Assembly: GCA_903935205.1 (NCBI GenBank)
Contig: CAIZQU010000152.1
Location: 24,404-88,403 of the forward strand
Length of the DNA stretch: 64,000 nt
Direction of reading: 5' to 3'
Source of the DNA: an uncultured cyanobacterium
GTDB taxonomy: Bacteria > Cyanobacteriota > Cyanobacteriia > PCC-6307 > Cyanobiaceae
This document shows positions 50,746 to 60,399 of the stretch, in pieces. The notes under the pieces are model-generated. The model had not been told where the DNA came from. It did not search any database and was given only the letters and a program-made list of their open reading frames with translations. The first letter of the stretch is position 1; each line of letters starts with the position of its first letter. Made by a program: the position numbers and the translations under genes.

Positions 50746-51405
50746 ATGCTGATCGCCGCCGCCCTGCTCAGCCTCTGGGGTCTGGTGCTGCTGGTGAGCA
50801 GCCTCAGCGGTCGCCTTCATCTGCTGCTCCATCCCGCCTTCCATGGGCTGGTGGCCGGAGCCGGTGCGCTGCTGCTCGGAGTGGCGGCGCTGCTGGCGCT
50901 GCGGGGGCGGCACCGGCCGGTCGAGCGGCTGCCCTTGCCCTGGCTGCTCAGTGCCGTGGTCGCCAACGCCGTGCTGCTGCTCCCCCCGGATCCATCCTTC
51001 TCCCTGCTCGCGGCCGGCCGCACCCAGGGGCTGCCCGATCCGCCCAGGCTCGCCTTCCTGCTGCCGCCCGAGCAGCGCAGCCTCAGCGAATGGGTGCGGC
51101 TGCTGCGCAGCCGCCCGGATCCCTCCCTTTACGACGGCCAGGCGGTGCGGATCAGCGGCTTCGTGCTGCCCGTGCCCGAGGGCCAGCCGCTGCTGGCCCG
51201 CCTGCAGGTGCGCTGCTGCCTGGCCGATGCCACCCCGATGGGCGTGCCGGTGGCCTGGCCCCAGGGCTACCGGCCCGTAACCAACCAGTGGCTGGCGATC
51301 GAGGGCCGGATGGCCACCGCAACGCTGGCGGGGGAGGCCAGTTCGGTGGTGATCCCGGAGCGCATCACCCCGATTCCCCGACCGCAGCGCCCCCTGGAAC
51401 CATGA
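50746..51405 (+). CDS. TIGR03943/DUF1980-family permease partner
   Basis: LLLHP, YDGQAVRISGFV, ARLQVRCCLADA, WLAIEG. Confidence 0.85.
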   Translation: MLIAAALLSLWGLVLLVSSLSGRLHLLLHPAFHGLVAGAGALLLGVAALLALRGRHRPVERLPLPWLLSAVVANAVLLLPPDPSFSLLAAGRTQGLPDPPRLAFLLPPEQRSLSEWVRLLRSRPDPSLYDGQAVRISGFVLPVPEGQPLLARLQVRCCLADATPMGVPVAWPQGYRPVTNQWLAIEGRMATATLAGEASSVVIPERITPIPRPQRPLEP

Positions 51406-52754
51406 GGATCGGCCTGCCCGCCCTATTCCCTCGCCCCCTGCTGGCCGCCCTGGTGGGCGGGGCGCTGCTGGTGGGGGTGCAGCAACAGATCCTGGAGCGG
51501 CGGCCGCCGCGCCTGCTCAGCCTCGAACCCCAGGTGCACAGCTCCGGCCCGGCCGCTCTGGACCTGCGCTTCAGCCGGCCGATGGAACGCGCTTCGCTCC
51601 AGGCCCGAAGCCGGCTGGAGCCGCCGCTGGCCCACCGCTGGCTGGGCAGCGCAACCAACCTGCGCCTGCTGCTGCAGCCCGGTCAGCAGCTGCGCGGCCC
51701 CCTGAGCCTGGAGCTGGCCGGTGCGGACCGCCGCGGCCGGAGCCTGGCCCCCCAGCGCTGGCACTGGGACCCGCGGCCGCTGCTGCTGGTGGTGGCGGAG
51801 GTGGAGGGGGGCGAACAGCTGCAGATCCAGCACCACGACGGCCGCTGGCAGCCGATCGGTCCGGTGTGGCGGCGGATCCCCAACGTCGAACCGCTGGCCG
51901 ATGGCTCGGGGGTGATGGCCCTGGCCGCCGATCACCAGGGGAAGCTGCAACTCTGGAAGCGCAGCCTGAGGCCCCGATCGCTGGTGCGCCAGCCCGCCAA
52001 CCTGGCCCCACCGCAGCTGGGGCCCCTCCAGGCGCTGCAGCCGAACGATCTGACCTTCGCGCACCTGAGCAGCAACCGCCGCGGCGATCTGCTGATTCAG
52101 TTGGGCCGCCAGGCACCGGGTGCGACCGTGACCCGCTGGATCGAACCCGACGGCCGGCAGCACGACCTGAAGCTGCCGGTGGCCGGTCCGATCCAGCTGC
52201 TGCCGCAGGGGGAGGGAATGGTGGTGCCCACTCCCGATGGCCTCGAACTGCGCTCCCTGCGGGGGGCGCTGGCGGGGACAACGGACAGGCCCCAGGTGCT
52301 GCCGGGCAGCCGCATGCTGGCCGCCTTCTGCCCGGCCAGCGGCCAGGCGCTGCTGGTGCGCCACTGGCCCGACTTCCGCCGCTCCCTGGAGCGGGTTCAG
52401 CCCGGTTCCGCCCCGATCCGCCTCTGGCTGGGCAGCGAGGCGGTGATGGCGGCCAGCTGCAACCCCAACGGCGATCGGGCCTGGATGCTGCTGAACCGCT
52501 GGCAAGCCGCCGTCGCCAACGAACTGGTGCGGCTCGATCGGAGCGGCCGGATCGATGCTCGCCTGGATCTGGGGCCGTGGGAACCGGAACCCGGCATGCC
52601 GATGGTCTACGACCCGGTGGGCGACCAGCTGCTGCTCACCCTGCGCCGCGACCCCCGCCAGCCGGCCCGGCCTGCCCTGGTGGATGGGCGCACGATGGCC
52701 CTGCGGATCCTGCCCAAGCCGGTGCGGCAGGCCCTCTGGCTGCCGGGCAGCTGA
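51402..52754 (+). CDS. Membrane-anchored Ig-like plus propeller-like hypothetical protein
   Basis: N-terminal TM, LDLRFSRPMERASL Ig-like start; ATGA overlap with upstream stop. Confidence 0.65.
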   Translation: MRIGLPALFPRPLLAALVGGALLVGVQQQILERRPPRLLSLEPQVHSSGPAALDLRFSRPMERASLQARSRLEPPLAHRWLGSATNLRLLLQPGQQLRGPLSLELAGADRRGRSLAPQRWHWDPRPLLLVVAEVEGGEQLQIQHHDGRWQPIGPVWRRIPNVEPLADGSGVMALAADHQGKLQLWKRSLRPRSLVRQPANLAPPQLGPLQALQPNDLTFAHLSSNRRGDLLIQLGRQAPGATVTRWIEPDGRQHDLKLPVAGPIQLLPQGEGMVVPTPDGLELRSLRGALAGTTDRPQVLPGSRMLAAFCPASGQALLVRHWPDFRRSLERVQPGSAPIRLWLGSEAVMAASCNPNGDRAWMLLNRWQAAVANELVRLDRSGRIDARLDLGPWEPEPGMPMVYDPVGDQLLLTLRRDPRQPARPALVDGRTMALRILPKPVRQALWLPGS

Positions 52755-52863
52755 GGGGCCGCGGCACCGAGGCCGGCGGGCGGACCCTCCGCCTGGTGGG
52801 GATCGGCTCGGCTCGAGCTCGCCGCCGCCGGCGCGTGGATCAACCAGGGGGCAGGCGAACGCA

Positions 52864-55845
52864 TCAGCTCACCGGGGAGCGGTCACCGGAGCCCTGCGCA
52901 ACACCTTCGGCGGCGGTGTCCCCGCCGGGCTCTGCGCTCAGGCCTCCCGGTTCCTCCGGACTGCCCGCTGCACGCCTGAGCGACTCGATGCGGATCTGGC
53001 GGGCCGCCGCGATCGCCGGCGAGCGCTCGGTGTCGCAGCTGAGCAGGATCACCTGCAGGCCCCGCTCCGCTGCCTCGGCCAGCATGCGGTGCACGCCGCG
53101 CTGGCGTTCCGGATCCGAGTGGGCGAAGGCGTCATCAAAGACGAGGGGCAGGCAGCCGTCGTAGGCCTCGGCCAGCACCTCCGCCATGGCGAGGCGCAGG
53201 GCCGCGGCGAACTGCTCACGGGCACCGGTGCTGAGCACCGCGAAATCGAAGGCGGCCTGCTCTCCCAGACGCCACTCCAGCCCCTGGAAGCCACCCCGGG
53301 CGTCGTAGCGGAGGCTGGCCCGGGGCGGCTCTGGAAACACCGCCGCCAGATAGCGGCCGATGCGGGCCGAGAGCGGGGCGGCGTACTCGCTGCCCATGGC
53401 GTTCTGCTCCTCCTCCAGCAGGCGCCGCAGCAGGGTGAGCATGGCCGCCTCCCGCTCCAGTCGCTCCCGCTCCTGGCGGCAGGATTCGAGCTCCGAGAGC
53501 TTCTGTTCCTGATCGGCCAGCAGGTTGCGTTGGCCATCGACCTGGAGCTGAATCTCGGCGCGGAGGCGGGCCTCGCTGGCCTGACGCTCCTCCGCCTCCA
53601 GGGCGGCGATCCCCTGCTCGAGCCGCTGATCCTCTGCGCGGATGGCCGCCGGATCGAGGGCCGCCAGCTCGGCCCGCAGGGCCTCCAGGGCGCTGTGCAG
53701 AGCATCGCGCTGGACCTGGCCCTGGCGACAGGCCTCGTCGAGGGCCTCGGCCGAGCCGTGGCGCTGCAGCAGCTGGGCGATGCGGGTGCGGCCGGCGAGC
53801 AGCTGGTTCTCCCGCGCGCGGAGGTCCTGCTCAGCCCGGGCGATGGCCTGCCGATGGGTCTCCAGCTCCTCGGCCAGCTGCTGCAGCCGGGCCTCGCCGA
53901 CCCCCTGGGCCTGGCTGGCCTGGTCCTGGAGCTGGCGGGCCTGGCCCAGGGCGATCTCCAGTCGGGCGATGCCATCGCGCAACTGCTCCGGATCGGGCAG
54001 GGAGCTGGCCGGAGGCAGCGGAGGGTCCCCGCCGGCGGCGGTGGCGGTCTTGGCGGCAGCCGACTCGGGTTGGGCGGGGGGCTGAACGGCATCGGGGGCT
54101 GGGCTGGCCGCCGCCGCCGGGGGTGCCGCTGGCGGGGCGGTGGCGGTGCTGGTGCCGGGCCGGGGCGGCAGGGCCGCCAGGTCGGCCTGGAGGCGGGCCA
54201 GGCGGGCGGCGAGGCGGGCGGGATCACCGGCGGCGGCAATCTGGCGCTCCAGCCCCTGGCGCTCCGCCAGTCGATCGCCACGGCACCGCTCCGCCGCCGC
54301 CGCGTCCTCCACCGTGGACCATCCCCAGGGCCGCAGCGCAACCTCCAGGGCCTGACGGGCCCGCAGCACCGCCTCACCCGCCTCACCGGGACCATCCCCC
54401 CCTCCGGGACTCAGGCGCAAAGTCACGTCCTGACCCACCTCCAGCAGCATCGGCCGCTGCAGCAGGGCGGTGCAGCCCGCCTCCAGATGCTCACCATCGA
54501 GCCGCACGGGCTGGCCAGCCCGGACCACGGTGATGGCGGCGGCGAAGGTCTCGGCCCTCACCTCCGCCGCCCGCAGGGCCGCCTCCAGGCTGCGCAAGTG
54601 CTCCACAGCCGCGGCATCGATCGGGGGACGGGCCGCCAGGTCGGCATCGAGGGCCAGCCGCTGCCGCTGCAGCTGCTCCAGAGCCCCCTGCCGCTGCTGC
54701 AGCTCGCTGATCTCCTGAAGCAAGCGGCCCCGCCGCAGCCGGGCCTCGATCCGCCGCACCGCCTCGCCGGCGCCCTCGCTGGCCTGCCGCAGGGCGGCGA
54801 GCTCCAGCTGGGCCTGGCCGCGCCCCTGCTCCAGCGCCGGCAGCCGCGCCTGGAGCAGCGCCAACTGCCCCTGCGCCGGGGCCTGGGCCCGCTCCAGGGC
54901 ATCGGCAGCGTTCAGCTCCTGACTCAGCTGGAGCCGGTCGCGCTCCAGGGCTGCGAGCTGAGGCTGGAGCGTCTCCAGCAGCGGCTGACGAGCACCGATC
55001 TCCGCCTCCAGCTCGCGGCTGCGGGCCAGACGCTGCGCCAGGGCCCGGCGCTCGCCCCGCTGCTGGGGCAACACCAGGGCCAAGCGCTGGAGCTGGGCGA
55101 CGGCCCGCTGGTGGTCCCGCTCCGCCTCCCCCTGGTCGGCCAGGGAGGCCTCGATCGCCGCCAGCGCCGCCGCGGCCTGAGCCTCGGCAGCCTGGGCCTT
55201 CTGCAGATCCGACCCCCTGCGCACCTGCGGGGCCCGGTTGACGCCACCGGCGGTGTAAATGGTCTCCCAGCGCCTCTGGATGTCCTCGAGCACCCGCTGA
55301 TCGAGGGCCGAGATCACCCCCTGATCGGCGGCGGCCTGGAGGCGCTCCACCAACCGGTCGTGGTCGTAGGCGGCGGCACCCAGGGCCAGGGGGTTGCCGC
55401 TGGCCGAACCCTGCCAGACCCAGAGATGCCCCCAGCGCTCGCGCAACTGATCGGCCGCGGCCCGGTTCCGGGCCACGGCACCGGTGCCGACCAGCTGGGC
55501 CAGCCGCTCCTCCGCCGCATCGCCCTGGAGACCCCGGCCCCGCCCATCGAGGAGGGCGACGCTGCCGCGGCCGGCGGCAAAGCGCTTGCGCAGGGTCCAG
55601 CGCTCGGCGGCGGCCTCGAAGATCAGCTCCACCTCCGGATCGCCGCTGAACGGGGCCGGCTGCATCCCCTTGAGCACCTCGCCGCCGGTCCTGACCGGCA
55701 GGAACAGAGCCCGATGCAGCGCCTCCACCAGGGTGCTCTTGCCCGATTGATTGGGACCGCTGATCACGGTGAGGTGGCGATCAAAGACCACCGCCAGATC
55801 GCTATGCAGGCGATAGTCGCGGACCCGGGCGGAGAGCAGGCGCAT
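52864..55845 (-). CDS. Rad50/SbcC-like SMC ATPase (YhaN-type)
   Basis: Walker A GPNQSGKST, VWQG Q-loop, long coiled coil, signature LSTGAREQ, Walker B LVFDDAFAHSD. Confidence 0.88.
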   Translation of the reverse strand: MRLLSARVRDYRLHSDLAVVFDRHLTVISGPNQSGKSTLVEALHRALFLPVRTGGEVLKGMQPAPFSGDPEVELIFEAAAERWTLRKRFAAGRGSVALLDGRGRGLQGDAAEERLAQLVGTGAVARNRAAADQLRERWGHLWVWQGSASGNPLALGAAAYDHDRLVERLQAAADQGVISALDQRVLEDIQRRWETIYTAGGVNRAPQVRRGSDLQKAQAAEAQAAAALAAIEASLADQGEAERDHQRAVAQLQRLALVLPQQRGERRALAQRLARSRELEAEIGARQPLLETLQPQLAALERDRLQLSQELNAADALERAQAPAQGQLALLQARLPALEQGRGQAQLELAALRQASEGAGEAVRRIEARLRRGRLLQEISELQQRQGALEQLQRQRLALDADLAARPPIDAAAVEHLRSLEAALRAAEVRAETFAAAITVVRAGQPVRLDGEHLEAGCTALLQRPMLLEVGQDVTLRLSPGGGDGPGEAGEAVLRARQALEVALRPWGWSTVEDAAAAERCRGDRLAERQGLERQIAAAGDPARLAARLARLQADLAALPPRPGTSTATAPPAAPPAAAASPAPDAVQPPAQPESAAAKTATAAGGDPPLPPASSLPDPEQLRDGIARLEIALGQARQLQDQASQAQGVGEARLQQLAEELETHRQAIARAEQDLRARENQLLAGRTRIAQLLQRHGSAEALDEACRQGQVQRDALHSALEALRAELAALDPAAIRAEDQRLEQGIAALEAEERQASEARLRAEIQLQVDGQRNLLADQEQKLSELESCRQERERLEREAAMLTLLRRLLEEEQNAMGSEYAAPLSARIGRYLAAVFPEPPRASLRYDARGGFQGLEWRLGEQAAFDFAVLSTGAREQFAAALRLAMAEVLAEAYDGCLPLVFDDAFAHSDPERQRGVHRMLAEAAERGLQVILLSCDTERSPAIAAARQIRIESLRRAAGSPEEPGGLSAEPGGDTAAEGVAQGSGDRSPVS

Positions 55846-55940
55846 CGTGCGGGGCGGAATGGCGGGGAGGTGGAAGACGGACGGGCGTCAGCTGGCTGCA
55901 ACGCCACCGGAGCGGCTGGAGCGACCCGGGGCGGCTGGGT

Positions 55941-57128
55941 TCAGGGGCTGATGCAGGCGCGGTGCAGTTCGCGCAGGGCAAGGCGGGCCAGATCGCTGCT
56001 GGCATCCCCCTGCTCGACGAGCTGCTGGAGGCGCAGGGCCACCCGGGCCACCAGGGGATCGCCGGCCCGTTCGGTGAGCTGACGCAGCTCCAGGGGATCG
56101 GGGGCGACGCTGGTGTGGTCCCGCAGCTTGAGCCGCAACAGGCGGGCCTCCAGGCGCTGGAGCAGGGCCTGCAGCTGGGCTGCCGCCGCCAGGCTGAGGC
56201 TGCCCTCGAGCGTCAGCAGCAGCAGGTCCTCGTTGCTGCGGGAGCCGATCAACTCCCGCAGGCGCAGCTCCAGCCGCTCCAGGTCTGCGTCGGCACCGAA
56301 GCGATGCTCAAGCTGATGCCAGCCGATGGCACCGCTGGCGACGGGCTCCACCCTGGGGGCGGCGCCGCGGGCCACCTCCACCAGCAGCACCTGGCCGGAG
56401 CGGTAGTCGACGGCGCGGGGGAAGCGATCGGTCTCATGGCAACCGCTGTACCAGGCGCTGGGACCCACCTGCTTGAGGCCATGCCAGTCGCCGAGGGCGA
56501 TGTAGTCGAGCTGATCGACCGGCAGGGCGGCCAGGTCGATGCGGTTGCTGGCCACCGGCGGATTTTCATCGTCGCCGTCGCCGCTCTCCTGCCCCCCGAA
56601 GCCCTGCACCGAACCATGGGCCAGCAGGAGGCGCGGCTGGTCGCCCCAGACGGAGAGATCACACCCCTGCAGCCAGGCGGTCGGATCACCGGGCTCGGCC
56701 CGCCGCAGCAGGGGACAGGGCAGGAGCACCCCGTCGCCCAGGCCGAGGCGTTCCAGCGCGAAGGGCTCGCGTTCCAGCAGCACGGTCAGGTTGGGCGACA
56801 GTTGCTCGCACTCCCGCAGGAAGTAGGGCTCCAGCCAGAGGCTGCCGGGGCCGCCGTGGTCGTGGTTGCCGGGGATCGCCAGCACCGGCAGCTCCAGGGC
56901 ACCGATGGCACTGCAGGCGGCCGAAACATCCTGGCGGGTGGGCTGGGGCGAATCGAACAGATCCCCGGCCACCAGCAGAAACGCAGCCTGCCTCTGGCGC
57001 GCCACCGCCCCGATCCGGCCGATGGCCGCCAGCCGCTGCTGGCGCAGCAGGGCCCGCTTATCGGGATCGGCGACGCGGGCATAGGGCTTGCCCAGCTGCC
57101 AGTCGGCGCTGTGGAGGAAACGGAGCAT
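55941..57128 (-). CDS. Mre11/SbcD-like metallophosphoesterase (YhaO-type)
   Basis: HSADWQLG, AGDLFD, PGNHD, AHG, ALGDWH. Confidence 0.9.
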   Translation of the reverse strand: MLRFLHSADWQLGKPYARVADPDKRALLRQQRLAAIGRIGAVARQRQAAFLLVAGDLFDSPQPTRQDVSAACSAIGALELPVLAIPGNHDHGGPGSLWLEPYFLRECEQLSPNLTVLLEREPFALERLGLGDGVLLPCPLLRRAEPGDPTAWLQGCDLSVWGDQPRLLLAHGSVQGFGGQESGDGDDENPPVASNRIDLAALPVDQLDYIALGDWHGLKQVGPSAWYSGCHETDRFPRAVDYRSGQVLLVEVARGAAPRVEPVASGAIGWHQLEHRFGADADLERLELRLRELIGSRSNEDLLLLTLEGSLSLAAAAQLQALLQRLEARLLRLKLRDHTSVAPDPLELRQLTERAGDPLVARVALRLQQLVEQGDASSDLARLALRELHRACISP

Positions 57129-57214
57129 CGGGGGCGGTGGTGGCGACGCCGCCGAGGCGGTGGACCGCCGCGGCGTCGGGCCGACGAGGGTTCAGCGAGG
57201 CAGCTGGCGAGGCT

Positions 57215-57430
57215 TCAGTTGTATTCGCCCGGGATGTCGTTCTTGTGCACCGTGACCCGATCGAAGCGCTGGCCGGAGACGCGCAGCAGCTCATCGCCGG
57301 AGAATTCATAGCCCAGCTTCAGGGCGATCTGGGCGACATCATCGGCGGTGGCGGCAGCCAGGACCTGGCGACGGATCGTGTCGTCCTGCTGCATGCGGCC
57401 CAGGAAGGCCTTGAGCTGATCCAGCGACAT
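57215..57430 (-). CDS. Nif11-like leader-domain protein
   Basis: MSLDQLKAFL...ADDVAQIALKLGYEFSGDEL. Confidence 0.85.
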   Translation of the reverse strand: MSLDQLKAFLGRMQQDDTIRRQVLAAATADDVAQIALKLGYEFSGDELLRVSGQRFDRVTVHKNDIPGEYN

Positions 57431-57522
57431 CGGCGGCGGTTGTGACGGGGCCGGGCCGGGGCCCGGCTCAGGATCCTGGCGGAGCGGAGCGGCCGGCGTC
57501 ACCCCCTGCCGGGATGCCCCCC

Positions 57523-58782
57523 TCAGGCGAGGCCTGCAGGTTGCGGCCATCGCCCCGCCAGCAGCGTGTCCACCAGGGCGAGCTGGGCCGGCAGACAGTG
57601 GCTGGCCAGGTCGAACCGCTCCACCACCGTGCTCCGGGCCCGCTGGCGCAGGGGCCGGTGGGCGGCGGGATCGGCGAGGGCGGCGGCGATCGTGGTGGCC
57701 AGGGCATCGCCATCGAAGAAATCCACCAGCAGCCCGTTGACGCCGGATTCGATCACCTCCTGCACCGGCGCCGTGGCCGAGCCGACGATCAGCGCTTCGC
57801 AGGCCATCGCCTCCAGCAGGCTCCAGCTGAGCACGAAGGGATAGGTGAGATAGACGTGGCAGGCGCTCACCCGGAACAGGTCGTGCAGGACCGGATGGGG
57901 AACGGGTCCCACGAAGTGGATGCGGCTGCGGTCGAGCTGCCCCTCCAGCTCCTGGAGCAGATGCTGCTTCCAGGACCCGGCCCCACCGGGGGGAGGACTG
58001 CCGTAGCTGACGCCATCGCCGCCGAGGATCACCACCTGGGCCTTGGGGCGCAGGGCCTGCAGCTGGGGCAGCATCCGCATGAAGCGGTGGAAGCCGCGGT
58101 AGGGCTCCAGGTTGCGGGCCACATAGGTGACCACCTCGTCGCCGGGCCGCAGGGTGAGACCAGCCTTCTGCAGCTGCACCAGCGAACCCGGACGGGGCGC
58201 GATCGTGACGGTGTCGATCCCCTCGTGGATCACGCTCAAGCGATCGCGGAATTCAACGGGGGCCGTGGAGGCCTGCCAGTGGGTGGGCGCCAGGCCCCAG
58301 GTGAGATCGTGGAACGCCATCAGCTGGGGGCTGCGGCGCAGGCGCAGGCGACTGCGATCGCGCCAGTTGTCCTGTTGAAATTCGGGATCAAAGAGGGTGT
58401 CGGCACCCTGCATCTGATACACGAATTCCACCTGGTGCAGCACCGGCACCTCGGGGAGCAGATCCTTGACCAGCAACAGCTCGCCCCAACCGGGATGGCC
58501 CACGATCAGATCGGGGCGGAAGCCAGCCTCAAGGAGGTTGTGCAGCTGCGTGGCCACCGCCTCCGCGCGCAGCACCTTGGTCTGGAAATCGGCCGCCAGC
58601 GGATGGCAGGCGGGCACCCCAGTGGACGGCATCGGGTTGTAGCGATGCAGGGGCACACCCTTCAGAACCGCCTTGGCCGTGGGCCCGCCGATGGCCGCCA
58701 CCCGGTCGCCCCGCTCCCTCAGGGCCGTGGCCAGGTGGCGGTACTGGCCCGGGAAGTTCTGGTGAATGAACAGGATCTGCAT
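57523..58782 (-). CDS. Glycosyltransferase family 4
   Basis: ILFIHQNFPGQY, GHPGWGE, RNLEPYRGF, HVYLTYPFVLSWSLLEAMAC. Confidence 0.93.
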   Translation of the reverse strand: MQILFIHQNFPGQYRHLATALRERGDRVAAIGGPTAKAVLKGVPLHRYNPMPSTGVPACHPLAADFQTKVLRAEAVATQLHNLLEAGFRPDLIVGHPGWGELLLVKDLLPEVPVLHQVEFVYQMQGADTLFDPEFQQDNWRDRSRLRLRRSPQLMAFHDLTWGLAPTHWQASTAPVEFRDRLSVIHEGIDTVTIAPRPGSLVQLQKAGLTLRPGDEVVTYVARNLEPYRGFHRFMRMLPQLQALRPKAQVVILGGDGVSYGSPPPGGAGSWKQHLLQELEGQLDRSRIHFVGPVPHPVLHDLFRVSACHVYLTYPFVLSWSLLEAMACEALIVGSATAPVQEVIESGVNGLLVDFFDGDALATTIAAALADPAAHRPLRQRARSTVVERFDLASHCLPAQLALVDTLLAGRWPQPAGLA

Positions 58783-59008
58783 GGGGGCGGATCGAAGCCG
58801 CTGCGGATCTGAGCTCGAACGGCTGAGCAGCCCCGGAGGGCCAAGGTGATCGGGGCAAGTTAGGGCAGGGCCGCGGCGCTGCTCCGATGACGGCTGCCGG
58901 CCTGCTCCCCGGGCCTGTCAGGTTCTGTTCAGATGTCCAGGGGACAGGACGCGCTGGGAGAGAACCCGTGCGATAACAAGACGAGGCGTTTCCAAGGCAG
59001 TCCCGCCG

Positions 59009-59365
59009 GTGTCCTTCCGTACCACGGCTTCCACGACCAGCCGCTCGATCGAGACGGGGGCCATCCACCGGCCCCGCCCTCGGGCGATGGTGTCCCTGGG
59101 GCCACGGCACTGGCCGCTGGGTCGGCCGACGGCCTGCCAGGGTTGGCAAGAGCGCCTGGGCGCTGAGCGCCTCGCAGCTCGGAGACGGCTGCGGCGCTAT
59201 GCCCTGGAGGCCCTGGCCACCGCCATGGCCACGGGCTTCCTCACCAGCCTGGCCCTGGCGCACCCGGCGGCGCTTCGCGATGCCCCCACCGTCACCCTGG
59301 AGCGGACCCTGGCGGCTGTGCTGGGGGCTGACCGGGGAAGCCATCCCTTGAGCGATTGCCCCTGA
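59009..59365 (+). CDS. Putative small membrane protein
   Basis: GC3-rich codons in the 3' half, hydrophobic ALEALATAMATGFLTSLALAH; start uncertain. Confidence 0.4.
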   Translation: MSFRTTASTTSRSIETGAIHRPRPRAMVSLGPRHWPLGRPTACQGWQERLGAERLAARRRLRRYALEALATAMATGFLTSLALAHPAALRDAPTVTLERTLAAVLGADRGSHPLSDCP

Positions 59366-59384
59366 GCGGCCTGGGATGAAAACC

Positions 59385-59443
59385 AGGGCCTAGAACTATG
59401 GCCGAAAACCATGGCCGAAAACCATGGCCAGAAATCATGGGCC
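59385..59443 (+). repeat. Degenerate 13-bp tandem repeat (ATGGCCGAAAACC)
   Basis: Two perfect copies at 59398-59423 plus degenerate copies on both sides. Confidence 0.8.
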
Positions 59444-59515
59444 CTGGACAGCCGGCCCCTGGGTGATGCCCAGGGGCAACGATAGGTTCAAGGACAGCGA
59501 TGGTTCCAGCCAGGC

Positions 59516-60361
59516 TCAGCCTTCGTCGGCGTCGTGGGCGAAGCGGTTGTAAAGAAAATCAAGGGCGCTGTTGCGGAGTTCATAGTAACGAGGATCCTCC
59601 ATGATCACCTCTCGATCGCGAGGTCGGGGGAAGTCAATCGTCATCACCTCGCCGATGCCGGCGGAGGGGCCGTTGGTCATCATCACGAGTCGATCGGCGA
59701 GGAAAAGGGCCTCGTCAATGTCGTGGGTGATCATCAGCACCGTGCATTTCTGCGTGTTCCAGATCTTGAGCAGCTCCTCCTGCAGCTCCTCCTTGGTAAT
59801 GGCATCAAGGGCACCAAAAGGTTCATCGAGGATCAACACCTCCGGGCGGATCGCCAAAGCGCGGGCAATCGCAACGCGCTGCTTCATCCCACCGGAAAGC
59901 TGTGTGATCTTCTTCTCCGCCGCCGCGCCCAGGCCGACCATCTCGAGATGCTCGATCGCGATCTCCCGCTTCTCGGCTTCGCTGAGAGTGGGCTTGACCG
60001 AATCGATCGCCAGATGCACGTTGTCATAGGCGGTCAGCCAGGGCAGCAGCGCATAGCCCTGGAACACCACCATCCGATCCGGACCGGGCCGGGTGATCGG
60101 TTGCCCCTTGAGGAGCACCTGGCCGGAGGTGGGGGTGGCAAAGCCCGACACCATGTTGAGCAGGGTCGACTTACCGCAGCCGGAATGGCCGATCACGCAG
60201 ACGAACTCACCCTGGTTGACCTGAAGGTTGATGTTCGCCAGCACGGGATAGGGCCCCCGTGGGGTGGAATAAACCATGCTGAGCTCGTCGAAGCGAAGCA
60301 GCGGTGGTGCGGAGGCCGCAGTGGTTTGCGCGGCGGAGGCGAGGGGTGGGGCGTAGGTCAT
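59516..60361 (-). CDS. cmpD: Bicarbonate ABC transporter BCT1 ATPase D
   Basis: GHSGCGKST, TPRGPY, EELQEELL, ALDFLYNRFAHD. Confidence 0.85.
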   Translation of the reverse strand: MTYAPPLASAAQTTAASAPPLLRFDELSMVYSTPRGPYPVLANINLQVNQGEFVCVIGHSGCGKSTLLNMVSGFATPTSGQVLLKGQPITRPGPDRMVVFQGYALLPWLTAYDNVHLAIDSVKPTLSEAEKREIAIEHLEMVGLGAAAEKKITQLSGGMKQRVAIARALAIRPEVLILDEPFGALDAITKEELQEELLKIWNTQKCTVLMITHDIDEALFLADRLVMMTNGPSAGIGEVMTIDFPRPRDREVIMEDPRYYELRNSALDFLYNRFAHDADEG

Positions 60362-60399
60362 GGGTGCTTGACGCTCGAGAAAGGGATGGAGAAAGCAGA

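Noticed and set aside
52555-56082. 1175-aa plus-strand ORF
   Set aside because: Antisense shadow of the YhaN-like gene in GC-rich DNA; no motifs. The same applies to other long antisense ORFs such as 24515-26149, 44478-46493 and 60304-62193
57215-57430. Prochlorosin-type lanthipeptide cluster
   Set aside because: No GG/GA cleavage motif, no Cys in the tail, and no LanM or peptidase-transporter in the window
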